A stretch of DNA of 64,000 nt from an uncultured Chloroflexia bacterium (GTDB lineage Bacteria; Chloroflexota; Anaerolineae; CG2-30-64-16). The position numbers and the translations under genes are program-made. Location of the stretch: NCBI GenBank assembly GCA_963810095.1, contig CAWEMM010000006.1:1600001-1664000 (forward strand), written 5' to 3'. The notes under the pieces were generated by a model. The model had not been told where the DNA came from. It was given only the letters and a program-made list of their open reading frames with translations, and ran no database searches. Positions 1 through 9,089 of the stretch are shown here, piece after piece (the first letter of the stretch is position 1; each line of letters starts with the position of its first letter).

Positions 1-645
1 CTCGTTCGCGGAACGGCGAGCCGCCGCCGCCGGTCGGGTTGTATGCCTTCCGCCTCGCAGGCACCGTGCGCGACGCTGCGGGCAAGCCGGTCGCAGGGTG
101 TGCTGGTGACGACGAAGGTGGAGGACCGCTGGACGGTATCGAATCCGACCGATGCGAACGGCCGCTACACGTCCGATGTTCTGGCCGACCGCCGAGGACG
201 GCCGAGATGCGAGTGGCGGTGTACGAAGGTGACCGCGCGTTACCGGGTGCAGGGCGGCCGGAAAGTGACGTTCGCGCCGCTCAAAGAGCGCGCAGGATGG
301 ACCTGACGCTGGATCGTGCGGCGGGCGTCATCGCTGCGCACCGCAGCCGCAGCCGGTCGACGGCATCGGTCTACGACGGGCTGCTGGTTGGGGTGATGCA
401 AGACGGCAAGCCGGTGCGGCCCGCTCGCCGCAACCTGGCCTGACGAAAAGGGCCGCTTTACGATGGTGCTGCCCGCGTCGCTGGCCGGCCAACGGGTGGC
501 ATGGTGGGAGCGCAGGGCTTCTACTTTGCCAACGGGACCCGGACAACCGGGGACACCGATCGACCTGGCCGAATGGCCGGCGGAACGCTGGGGGCGCGGG
601 TGGCCCAAGGGTTCGGATCGGTCGACGCTGCCGGCCAAACGCTGA
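1..645 (+). CDS. 5'-truncated, frameshifted protein with a carboxypeptidase-regulatory-like beta-sandwich (probably secreted)
   Basis: ORF pieces join across frames: LAGTVRDAAGKPV / GVLVTTKVEDRWTVSNPTDANGRY / DEKGRFTMVLPASL...TLPAKR*. A terminator follows. Confidence 0.45.
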
Positions 646-652
646 GCGAGAG

Positions 653-683
653 GGCGGAGGAAGCGCATCTCCGCCCTTTTTTC
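653..683 (+). terminator. Rho-independent terminator
   Basis: Stem gggcggag...ctccgccc followed by ttttttt. Confidence 0.7.
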
Positions 684-850
684 ATGCATTTTTCATAAGT
701 CGACGGGCCATTTCTATGCGTTTTTCGCGCTCGCCGTGGGAAGATGACGTAGATGCTAATCAGTAACAGATCGCCGGGCCGTAGGGCGTCGGTGGCACGC
801 AAGGCCAAGACCGACGGCGCCGGTACGGAGTAGGTGAGAGGAGCTTTCCC

Positions 851-1410
851 ATGGCGAGCGAAGATGATGAGAAGCAGGACATTCGACAACGGACGGCCGG
901 GCGATCGAGTTCACCCTGCCGGACGCGGCCAGCACGGCCGCCTCGGCGATCGAGGCGGCTTTCGAGTACGCCGCGCGCAAGATGCACGTCGAAGACGTCG
1001 AGACGGTGCCGAGCATGCTCCGGGCCGGCCGCGGCCGACGCCCGCGGCTACTTCGAGTATGCGCTGGCACGGGAGCTGGCCGAGCACATCGGAGCGCTGG
1101 ACGGCGAGGTCCAGGGCGTGTACCTGTACAACCCCGAAGCCACGGCCGACGACGATCGTGTTCGCCGAGTTCCCCGCGACCCTGATCCACCTGGTGGTGT
1201 GGGCCCGCCGCAAGACCGAGCGCCCTGACCGCCCTGCTCGACGGGCTGGACCGGGCGGTCACGGCCGAGTTCGCCAGCCGGATCGGCAACAAGCAGACGA
1301 GCCTGCTGGACTTCCAGGTGGTGGACGATGCCGAGGTCAACTCCCGCATGGGGTTCGGCGCCATGCTGGCCTGGGTGCACAACCGGCCGTTGATGGTGTG
1401 GAAGCGCTAA
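851..1410 (+). CDS. Hypothetical protein upstream of glutamate dehydrogenase (frameshifted, ~185 aa)
   Basis: RBS gaggag before the ATG. Pieces join as MASEDDEK..AIEAAFEYAARKMHV..RGYFEYALARELAEHIGALDGEVQGVYLYNP..IHLVVWARRK..LLDFQVVDDAEVNSRMGFGAMLAWVHNRPLMVWKR*. Hairpin at 1437-1473. Confidence 0.6.
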
Positions 1411-1571
1411 TTCGCTGCCTGAGATGATGGCTGTCCGACGGGGCGCGGTGCCGCGGAACGCCTGCGCCCCGTCGTGGATCGTTATATAACTTCCAGCACA
1501 GAAGCTAGGAAGTCGGAGGCATCGATGCAGAACAGTATCCTCATACGGACACGCTGGTCCGGCCCGAAACC

Positions 1572-2850
1572 ATGGTCGTGGCCGAGAAGCCGGCGAAGCA
1601 GGACCTCTGGGACACCGTGCTCGGCTCGCTTGACGACGTCGCAGCGCGGTTGCACCTGGACCCGGGCATCCACGCCATCCTGCGCGAGCCCGAACGCGAG
1701 TTGACGGTAGCCGTTCCGGTCGTCATGGACGACGGCTCGATCAAGGTTTTCAAGGGCTACCGCGTCCAGCACTCCTCGGCTCGTGGGCCGTGCAAGGGCG
1801 GCATCCGCTACCATCCCGACGTCAACCTCAACGAGGTCAAGGGCCTGGCGGCCATGATGACCTGGAAGTGCGCGGTGGTGAACATCCCCTACGGCGGCGG
1901 CAAGGGCGGCATCCAGGTCGACCCGACCGGCATGTCGCAGGGCGAACTGGCGCGCATGACCCGCCGGTTCACGGCGATGATCCTGCCGATCCTCGGCGCC
2001 AAGCGCGACATCCCCGCGCCCGACGTCAACACGAACGCGCAGGTGATGGCGTGGATGGCCGACACGGCCTCGATGATCGAAGGCACGCAGATGCTCGAGA
2101 TCGTCACCGGCAAGCCGCTGAACATGGGCGGCTCGAAGGGCCGCAAGGAAGCGACCGGCCGCGGCGTCGCGATCTGCACCGGCGAACTGCTGCGTCGCGA
2201 GGGCAAGCCGCTGTCGGAGACGACGGTGGCGGTTCAGGGCTACGGCAACGTCGGCTCCTATGCGGCCACGCATCCTGCACGAGATGGGCGCCAAGGTCGT
2301 GGCGGTCAGCGACGTCAGCGGCGGCATCTACAACCCGGATGGGCTGGACCTGCCGGCCGTCGACAGCGCGGTGAACGCGCACCCGCGCCGCCTGCTCGAA
2401 GGCTACACGGCGCGCGACGTCGAGCGCATCAACAACGAAGAACTGCTCGAGACGAAGGTCGACGTGCTGATCCCCGCGGCGCTGGAGCACCAGATCCGCG
2501 GCGACAACGCGGACAAGCTCCATGCCCGCTACATCGTCGAAGGCGCGAACGGTCCCACGACGCGCGAGGCCGACGAAATCCTGCACGAGAAGGGCGTGAT
2601 CGTCGTGCCCGACATCCTCGCCAATGCCGGCGGCGTGGCTGTCAGCTACCTCGAATGGGTGCAGAATCTGCAGAACTTCTACTGGGAAGAGGACGAGATC
2701 AACCAGCGGCTGACGAGCATCATGAAGCAGAGCTTCGCCGGCGTATGGGATTATGCGCAGGCGCAGGACGTCCCGATGCGGCTGGGCGCGCTGATGCTGG
2801 CCGTCGACAAGGTGGCCGAGGCCGTGCAGCAGCGGGGCATTTGGCCCTGA
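1572..2850 (+). CDS. gdhA: Glu/Leu/Phe/Val dehydrogenase, NAD(P)-specific glutamate dehydrogenase (one frameshift near 2270)
   Basis: Motifs GPCKGGIRYHP, MTWKCAVVNIPYGGGKGG, DIPAPDVNT, VQGYGNVG, EGANGPTT, PDILANAGGV..SYLEWVQN. Confidence 0.95.
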
Positions 2851-3020
2851 GCCGGCGTGTAGGCACGGGCAGGAGGGCGAAGTGGCCCGGCTTGTGCCAA
2901 TGACACACTACGTGGTTCCCGGTTGAGGTGACCAGGCTTGCCGACAAAGCAAAACGTGACGCCGCCAGCGTTGCACAGGAAGTGAGCAGGGCGCACGCAA
3001 ACCGTTGACCTGATAGAAGT

Positions 3021-3062
3021 TCATGAGGGGGATGCCGCAGCGATGCGACGTCCCCCTCATGA
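3021..3062. terminator. Hairpin between convergent genes (likely terminator)
   Basis: Inverted repeat tcatgaggggga...tccccctcatga. Confidence 0.5.
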
Positions 3063-4499
3063 TTTTGCCCGGGTGCTTGCGGGGCCACAGGACAGCCGCA
3101 CGGCGGGATCTCCGAGTACCACGTAGTTTCGGGCATCCCTGTTCTCAGCCCACATGCCGGCGATGGCCCGGCTGTCGTAGGCTTTTCCGGCGGCAATGTC
3201 ATCGAGGTCCTCGGTCAGCAGGGTCGACAGCTCGGCATAGCGCTCATTGAAGTATTCCGTGGCCATCCCGACGGGGAGCCCGGCCGCGAGCAGCATGAGC
3301 GCGCTCTCGAAGGTCGCCAGCTGTGGTCCGGCGTTCGCCTCAAAGAACGAACTGCCCCACGCCCGGTCGATATGTCCAATGACTGCGAGTGCGCCGCCTT
3401 TCGGGTGGCCAAGCACCCGCTGCGCCAGCTTTGACACGAAATCCGTGTCTGCCAGCGCCGCGGCCGGGCGCGTCCTGTCCCGTACAAAGTCGTCGAACTG
3501 CGGCGTTCCGGCGCTGAAGCATCCGAAGTGGAAGAAGATCCGGCCGGCGAGTTGGGCGTCATCTCCCACGTTGCCGGCCGAAAAGTACTGCTCGGGGGGC
3601 ACCGGCCCGCGCCACTCGTTCGGTCCGGGCCAGTCGGCACACAGCAGCGCACCTTGATGCACCGCCTGCCGGGCGTCGCCCCGGGGAAAACACATGCCGT
3701 GGCTCGCACTGAACAGCAGACTCGGGCCGTGTGGATCATGGAGCAAGGACGCCAGCCGGTTGCACGTTGCGTCCCGGCCCGTGACCAGATCGACTGTCCA
3801 CTTTGCGCCCTGGGACTGGTTGAGCTTTTCGGCCAGGGGCCGCATCAGCAGGTCAGTGCTCTGCCGGGTGGCCCGGTCGTCGTCGTTTTGCACCGCGAAG
3901 AAGGTGGCGCGAGGCGGCGCAGTCCTTTCGGCGGTTGCGGCTGCTGCCGCGCTGCCGGCATAGCTGCCGTACTCGGTCGGCGTCTCGAAGTGCAGGCGGC
4001 CTACGGCATATTGCACGTCGAGCTGGTACTGGAATCTGAAGGGGATCTGGCCCGGGTCGCCGACCAGCAGCAGGTAATAGGGCACCTTTTCCGGGTCGGC
4101 GGGCCCAGTCCCCTTGCCCCAGCGGGCCAGAAACCGGCGACTGTCTTCGCCGGGGCGCAGGCCGTCGTCGCCGAAATACTCCCGATAGTGTTCGCCGGCC
4201 TGCCGCTGGCGCATGTCGAGCAGCGGGCGCAGGGCTTCCCGTTTCTCGGCCGCGTTCGGGTCCGCCTGGCTGAAGATGACGCCCCAGCCGGCCTCGGCCA
4301 GGTTGCCGGCGTTTACTCCCGCCTTAACGCCGAGGTGGGTCTCCGTGCGCGCGGCGTAACGTTTCTGCAGCTCGGTCAGGTTAGCTGCAGGCGCCTCGCC
4401 CAGGACGATCCGGGCGAGGTCGCCATCTGCCATCGGCGGCAACGCGTATGTGCCCGTCGAGCCGTCGATCCCGTTGAAGTACAGGAGCTCGTCCGCCAT
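3057..4499 (-). CDS. Clan CD (C25 gingipain/caspase-hemoglobinase fold) cysteine peptidase-like protein
   Basis: Probable start MADELLYFNGIDG. Motifs YLLLVGDP..IPF, YAVGRL, His motif FSASHG, Cys motif FGCFSAG, AVIGHIDRAW, NYVVLGDPA. Confidence 0.8.
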   Translation of the reverse strand: MADELLYFNGIDGSTGTYALPPMADGDLARIVLGEAPAANLTELQKRYAARTETHLGVKAGVNAGNLAEAGWGVIFSQADPNAAEKREALRPLLDMRQRQAGEHYREYFGDDGLRPGEDSRRFLARWGKGTGPADPEKVPYYLLLVGDPGQIPFRFQYQLDVQYAVGRLHFETPTEYGSYAGSAAAAATAERTAPPRATFFAVQNDDDRATRQSTDLLMRPLAEKLNQSQGAKWTVDLVTGRDATCNRLASLLHDPHGPSLLFSASHGMCFPRGDARQAVHQGALLCADWPGPNEWRGPVPPEQYFSAGNVGDDAQLAGRIFFHFGCFSAGTPQFDDFVRDRTRPAAALADTDFVSKLAQRVLGHPKGGALAVIGHIDRAWGSSFFEANAGPQLATFESALMLLAAGLPVGMATEYFNERYAELSTLLTEDLDDIAAGKAYDSRAIAGMWAENRDARNYVVLGDPAVRLSCGPASTRAKS

Positions 4500-4500
4500 T

Positions 4501-5343
4501 TCAGCCGCAGCTTGCCGCACGGCGTCGGGCGGCGGCGGTGGCGGCGGCGGATTCTGCCCGCCGCCGCTGCGCGCCGCTGCTGCTCTGACACGAGCCCCCG
4601 ATGTCTTTGCGGTCGCTCTTCGGCGAAATCCAGCCCGCGAACGCGCCGTTCTTCCGTACGGCGATCTGCACGACCCAATAACTGTCGCATGCCGGCTGGA
4701 TTTGCCGGTTGAAGAACCAGGCGCCGTCGGCCTGGCGCACCTGGTCGGCGTTGGCGGCAATGACGTCATACGGGTCCTGCGCGGTGGTCTTGTAGAACTG
4801 GATGTCGAAATACCAGTCCTGCTTGCCCACCTGCGGCTGGCCGTTCCACTGCCACGAGAACGCATTACCATCGTAGCCGACGAGGCGCGGCGCGGGTACG
4901 GGCCCTTTTTGGGCGCTGCCGCTGGCCGCCGGCCTGGCCGTTGCTTTCGGCGCAGCGGCTTTCTTTGGCGTTGGCGTCGTCGTGGCGGCGACCGCCGCGG
5001 CCTTCTTTGGTGTCGACGTCGCCCGGGGAGCGGCCGCCGCTTTCTTGGTCGCGGTCGCAGCCGGCCGTGTCTCGGCCTGGGCGGCTTCACGCGTCGGCGT
5101 GGCCGCGCTCTGGGCGCCCGTGCTGCTCCCTGGCTCCGGTGTGGCCGCCAGTCCCGCTTGCGTTGCTTGCGCCGCCTGCACAGCCACGGCCGTGGGCACG
5201 CCGGTCGGTGGCTCGTTGCTGATCACCTTCGGTTCACTCGTGACCGCCGGCCCGGAAGCTGACGCCGGGCCCGGTCCCGAACTGCACACGCCGAGCAAGA
5301 GCCCCAGAGCCGCCAGGATCAGGATGGTTGTTCGCTTGTTCAC
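4501..5343 (-). CDS. Putative lipoprotein with a long Pro/Ala/Thr linker and small C-terminal beta domain
   Basis: GTG start overlaps the upstream stop. KRTTILILAALGLLLGVC is a signal/lipobox-like segment, then a PAT-rich linker, then FSWQWNG..WYFDIQFY..YWVVQIAV. The C-terminus may be frameshifted. Confidence 0.7.
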   Translation of the reverse strand: MNKRTTILILAALGLLLGVCSSGPGPASASGPAVTSEPKVISNEPPTGVPTAVAVQAAQATQAGLAATPEPGSSTGAQSAATPTREAAQAETRPAATATKKAAAAPRATSTPKKAAAVAATTTPTPKKAAAPKATARPAASGSAQKGPVPAPRLVGYDGNAFSWQWNGQPQVGKQDWYFDIQFYKTTAQDPYDVIAANADQVRQADGAWFFNRQIQPACDSYWVVQIAVRKNGAFAGWISPKSDRKDIGGSCQSSSGAQRRRAESAAATAAARRRAASCG

Positions 5344-8300
5344 TGCGATCCTCCGCCACAGGTTGTTTGTGGTGTCGTACCCTGTTCGTCCCGGCTCGCT
5401 CCTGTCTGCGATGTGCCTGCCTTGCTTCCCAGCCGGTATTGCACACATTCTTCCGCGGTGAGCCCGCACGTGACGCGGGCCAGCGCCAGCCGCTTGAGCT
5501 CGTTCACATCCAACGCATAGAAACGCAACGTTCCGTCTTCACCGGTGCTGACCAGTTGTGTCCCGTCGCCTCCGAAAGCTGCGCCAAAGACGCGGGCCGT
5601 GTGCCCGACGAAGGTCAGCAGCGCGCGGGCGCCGGCCACGTCCCACACCTTGACCGTCCGGTCCCAGCTGGCCGACGCCAGCTGCTTACCATCCGGGCTA
5701 AAGGCAACATCAGTCACCCGGTCCCGGTGCCCCGGCAGAGTTTTCAGTTCTTTGCCGGTCGCCACGTCCCATAGCTTGAGCGTCTGATCGATCCCCACGG
5801 TCGCGACCTGGCGGCCGTCGGGGCTGAAAGCCGCATAGTAGACCTCGCCGGTGTGGCCCTGCAGGGTGTGCAGCAGCCGCCCGGTCGCTGCATCCCAGAT
5901 TCTGGCCGTCTGGTCGGCCGCGGACGTTACGACGAGGCTGCCGTCGGGGCTGAACGCGATGTTGTTAATGCGCCGCTCGTGCCCATTGAGCGTTACTGGG
6001 GGCCCATCCCCGCCTACGTCCAGCACCGCGGCGCTGGCAGAATCGGCAACCGCCAGGCGCACCGGGCAAGCCGCGGACTGCCCACCCGCACAGCCGGCGT
6101 GAAGGGCGACCCCCGTCACAGGGACGTCGTCGGTGAAAGTCGCTCCGACCTGCTGGCCGGTGGTCAGATCCCAGACCCTGGCCGTCCGGTCGTCGCTGCC
6201 CGTCGCCAGCAGCAGGCCACAACCGGCAGAACCCGTTGGGCCGGCACTCGAGTCGTCCCTGCAACTCGAGGCCAGTGCTACCGAGCGAACCCGCAGCTCG
6301 TGCGCCTTCAGGTTGGCGACCAGCCGCCCCGTTTCGGTATCCCAAACCCGAGCGCGGCCGTCCTCGCCGGCGGTCGCCACGAGCTTACCGTCCGGGCTGA
6401 CGGCCAGCGCGTTGACCGGCTGCCCGCCGTGCGGGAGCAGTGTGCGCACTTCTTGAGTCGGCCCAACATTCCATATCTTCGCGACGTTATCCTCCTCCGC
6501 GGTCGCGAGGTGCATGCCGTCGGGGCTAAACGCCACACCCATGAGCCAGCCACGGTTGCCCGCGAGTGTCATTAGCTCGCGGCCAGAACTCACATCCCAG
6601 ATTTTGGCAGTCCGGTCCCAACTCGTCGTGGCGAGGCGCGAACCGTCAGGGCTGAAGGCAATGCCGCGGACCCAGTTCGTGTGGCCGGCCAGCCGCTGCT
6701 CCTCCTGGCCAGATACAGCATCCCAAATGCGGGCAGTCTGGTCCCAGCTCGCCGTAGCCAGCCGCGTGCCGTCGGGGCTGAATGCCACCGCGCTCACCGT
6801 GCTGGCGTGGCCTTTCAACGTGAGCAGCGCCGTGCCGCTGGCGCTGTCCCAGATAATGGCGGTGCCGTCGCGGCTGCCGGTGGCGAGTCGAGAACCGTCC
6901 TGGTTCCACGCCACGCTCCACACCTCGTCGGAGTGCGCAGCCAGCGAGGTCAGCAGGCTGCCGGTCTGGACGTCCCAGATGGCTGCGCGGCCGTCTTGCC
7001 CGCCGGATGCCAGCCGCGTGCCGTCGGGGCTGAACGCCACGCTGAACACGGCCCCTTGATCCGCGGCTGGATCTTGGAGCAGGAGCAGCTGCTGCCCGGT
7101 CGTCGCATCCCACACCCTGACCGTTCCGTCGCCGTAACCGGCCGTCGCGATCTGTGCGCCGTTCGGGCTGTAGTCCACCCCAAAGACCAGCCCCTCATGA
7201 CCCTTGAGCGCGAGCAGCGGCTGGCCGGTAGCTGCGTCCCAGATCTCAGCCGTCCCGTCGGCACTGGCCGTCGCGAGCCGGGAGCCGTCGGGGCTGTAGA
7301 CCACGTCGTGCACCGCGCCCTGGTGGCCGGTCAGCCGGCGCTCGATGCGCGATGCTTCGAGCGAGCGGTGCAGGGCATCTTCCGCTTCCGACGTGTAGTC
7401 GAGGTTCAGGCCGTCGAGCGCAAGGAGCACGCTGGCTTCCGGGTCGCCGTCCAGGTTCGCCAGCGCGGCGGCGGCCAGCTCGCGTGACCGGGAGAGCCCG
7501 GCCTGCCGCCGCGCTTCGCGGGCATTGATGAGCGCCCACGTTGTCAGGCCGATCAGGAGCGCGCCGAGCACGGCAGCGGTCGCGAGCGTGCTGCGGCGCC
7601 GGGCTGCAGCCAACCGGGCCTGGCGCACGCAGGCATCGAAGAACTGCGTTTCGTCTTCGGTCAGGTCCCCCCGATTCATGCGCACAAAGGACTGTGCGGC
7701 CCCCAGCGACTCGCCGCGCAGGAGCTCCCGCTCGGACCGGCCGCCCTTGATCCACGCAGCCGCGGGGCCGGCCAACGGGTTGTGGTAGGTCGTCAGCCAC
7801 TGCGCGTTCGACTGCAGCACGGGTTCGACCAGGCGGTCGTGGGCCAGCTCGTACCAGGTATCACCTCCGCGGACCACGGCCCGAATTACATAGGCGTCGT
7901 TCAGCACGTCGACGGCCGCATTGGGCAAGCCTTCCGTTGCTTTGTCGTCCCGGTAGACCAACCCGCACGTGCGCGCCCCGGTGATCAGGTGCCCTTCAAA
8001 CCAGCTCCGCAACTGGCGTTCGCGCACGCCGGTCTGGCGGACCACCTGCGCCAGTGCCGAGTCGTAGAAACCGGTCAGCGCCTCGTCGACGTCGCCAAAC
8101 TCTTGCACATCTGCGGGGCCGATCTCTTCCTGGCCGTCCTTCAGGCTTCCCCAAAGCTGCCGGCAGACGATTTGCAGGTGAACCGGCTCCACATAATCGC
8201 CTAGGACCTCGCCGCCGAGAGGCCCTGGCGGACTGCTCGTGCGAGCGACCGGCGCGCCTGCGTGCTGGCCGGACTTGCCGGGCTGCGCGCGACGCAGGTT

Positions 8301-9089
8301 GTCGACCAGCGACTCCGCTACGCCCGGGGCGTAGGTGCGCCCGGCGGCCGTAGCCGGCAGGGTGACGGCCTTGAGGGCGCTCTCCCGGTTCAGGCGCTCA
8401 AGCCGGTACCGGGCCCGCAAGCTCTCGGGCAGGATGGGCGCATAGGGCGTGAGCTCGGCGATATAGTCCTCGCGCATGCTGAAGAGCACGTGCAGATCGG
8501 GGTAGGCGTCGAGCAGCGCGGCGACCTGGCGGAAGAAGCCTTCCCGCTGCGTCCAGTGCTCGGGTGAGGTGGTGAACAGCTCTTCGAACTGATCGAAGAC
8601 AAGCAGGGCGTCCGCCGGCGTCTCGACGGCCGGGTCTGCGGGCGGAGCGAGCAGCGGGGTCAGCCCGTCCACGAGCGCCAGCGAGGCGAGCTTCTCGGTC
8701 GGGGTATCCGGTCGTAAGGATAGGAGCGCACTGAGGACGTAGACGTTGGCAGGCGGACGGCCGCGTGCGGGCGTCGAGCCCGGATTGCCAACCGATGCGA
8801 TGGGCAGCACCCGCATCTTCTGATACGTGCGGGGCCGCGGTCCCCGGCCGATTGTCCGGGGTTCGGTCAATTCGGGGATGAGCCCCGCCCGCAGGAGCGA
8901 AGACTTGCCCGCGCCCGACTGGGCAAACAGCAACGAGGCCCGGCGAGCCATCACTAACCCTTCAAGGATGGCCGTTTCCTCGTCGCGGCCGAAGAAGAAC
9001 GCCCGTTCCCCCTGCTCGAAGGCGCGCGGGCCGACGTAGGGGTTGGCGTGCGGCTGGCCGGGGGGCGCGCTTTCAGAAGGACCAGTCAT
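5340..9089 (-). CDS. nSTAND1-type P-loop NTPase + transmembrane helix + ~14 WD40 repeats
   Basis: NPYVGPRAF..FFGRDEE, Walker A AQSGAGKSS, Walker B LLVFDQFEELF, ELAHDRL, TM STLATAAVLGALLIGLTTWALI, then many GH..V..VAFSPDG..LATAS.D.TA.IWD repeats. Start placed at MTGPSES. Confidence 0.9.
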   Translation of the reverse strand: MTGPSESAPPGQPHANPYVGPRAFEQGERAFFFGRDEETAILEGLVMARRASLLFAQSGAGKSSLLRAGLIPELTEPRTIGRGPRPRTYQKMRVLPIASVGNPGSTPARGRPPANVYVLSALLSLRPDTPTEKLASLALVDGLTPLLAPPADPAVETPADALLVFDQFEELFTTSPEHWTQREGFFRQVAALLDAYPDLHVLFSMREDYIAELTPYAPILPESLRARYRLERLNRESALKAVTLPATAAGRTYAPGVAESLVDNLRRAQPGKSGQHAGAPVARTSSPPGPLGGEVLGDYVEPVHLQIVCRQLWGSLKDGQEEIGPADVQEFGDVDEALTGFYDSALAQVVRQTGVRERQLRSWFEGHLITGARTCGLVYRDDKATEGLPNAAVDVLNDAYVIRAVVRGGDTWYELAHDRLVEPVLQSNAQWLTTYHNPLAGPAAAWIKGGRSERELLRGESLGAAQSFVRMNRGDLTEDETQFFDACVRQARLAAARRRSTLATAAVLGALLIGLTTWALINAREARRQAGLSRSRELAAAALANLDGDPEASVLLALDGLNLDYTSEAEDALHRSLEASRIERRLTGHQGAVHDVVYSPDGSRLATASADGTAEIWDAATGQPLLALKGHEGLVFGVDYSPNGAQIATAGYGDGTVRVWDATTGQQLLLLQDPAADQGAVFSVAFSPDGTRLASGGQDGRAAIWDVQTGSLLTSLAAHSDEVWSVAWNQDGSRLATGSRDGTAIIWDSASGTALLTLKGHASTVSAVAFSPDGTRLATASWDQTARIWDAVSGQEEQRLAGHTNWVRGIAFSPDGSRLATTSWDRTAKIWDVSSGRELMTLAGNRGWLMGVAFSPDGMHLATAEEDNVAKIWNVGPTQEVRTLLPHGGQPVNALAVSPDGKLVATAGEDGRARVWDTETGRLVANLKAHELRVRSVALASSCRDDSSAGPTGSAGCGLLLATGSDDRTARVWDLTTGQQVGATFTDDVPVTGVALHAGCAGGQSAACPVRLAVADSASAAVLDVGGDGPPVTLNGHERRINNIAFSPDGSLVVTSAADQTARIWDAATGRLLHTLQGHTGEVYYAAFSPDGRQVATVGIDQTLKLWDVATGKELKTLPGHRDRVTDVAFSPDGKQLASASWDRTVKVWDVAGARALLTFVGHTARVFGAAFGGDGTQLVSTGEDGTLRFYALDVNELKRLALARVTCGLTAEECVQYRLGSKAGTSQTGASRDEQGTTPQTTCGGGSQ

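Noticed and set aside
1572-2850. Programmed frameshift in gdhA (or in ssb)
   Set aside because: No slippery site stands out, and similar indels affect many unrelated genes.
3057-5090. 677-aa ORF apparently fusing an Arg/Pro-rich N-terminus to the C25-like peptidase
   Set aside because: The extension is an off-frame reading of the upstream lipoprotein; the family-like sequence starts at MADELL (4499).
5469-7340. DNA-level repeats in the WD40 region as a repeat element
   Set aside because: They are explained by protein-coding WD40 repeats.
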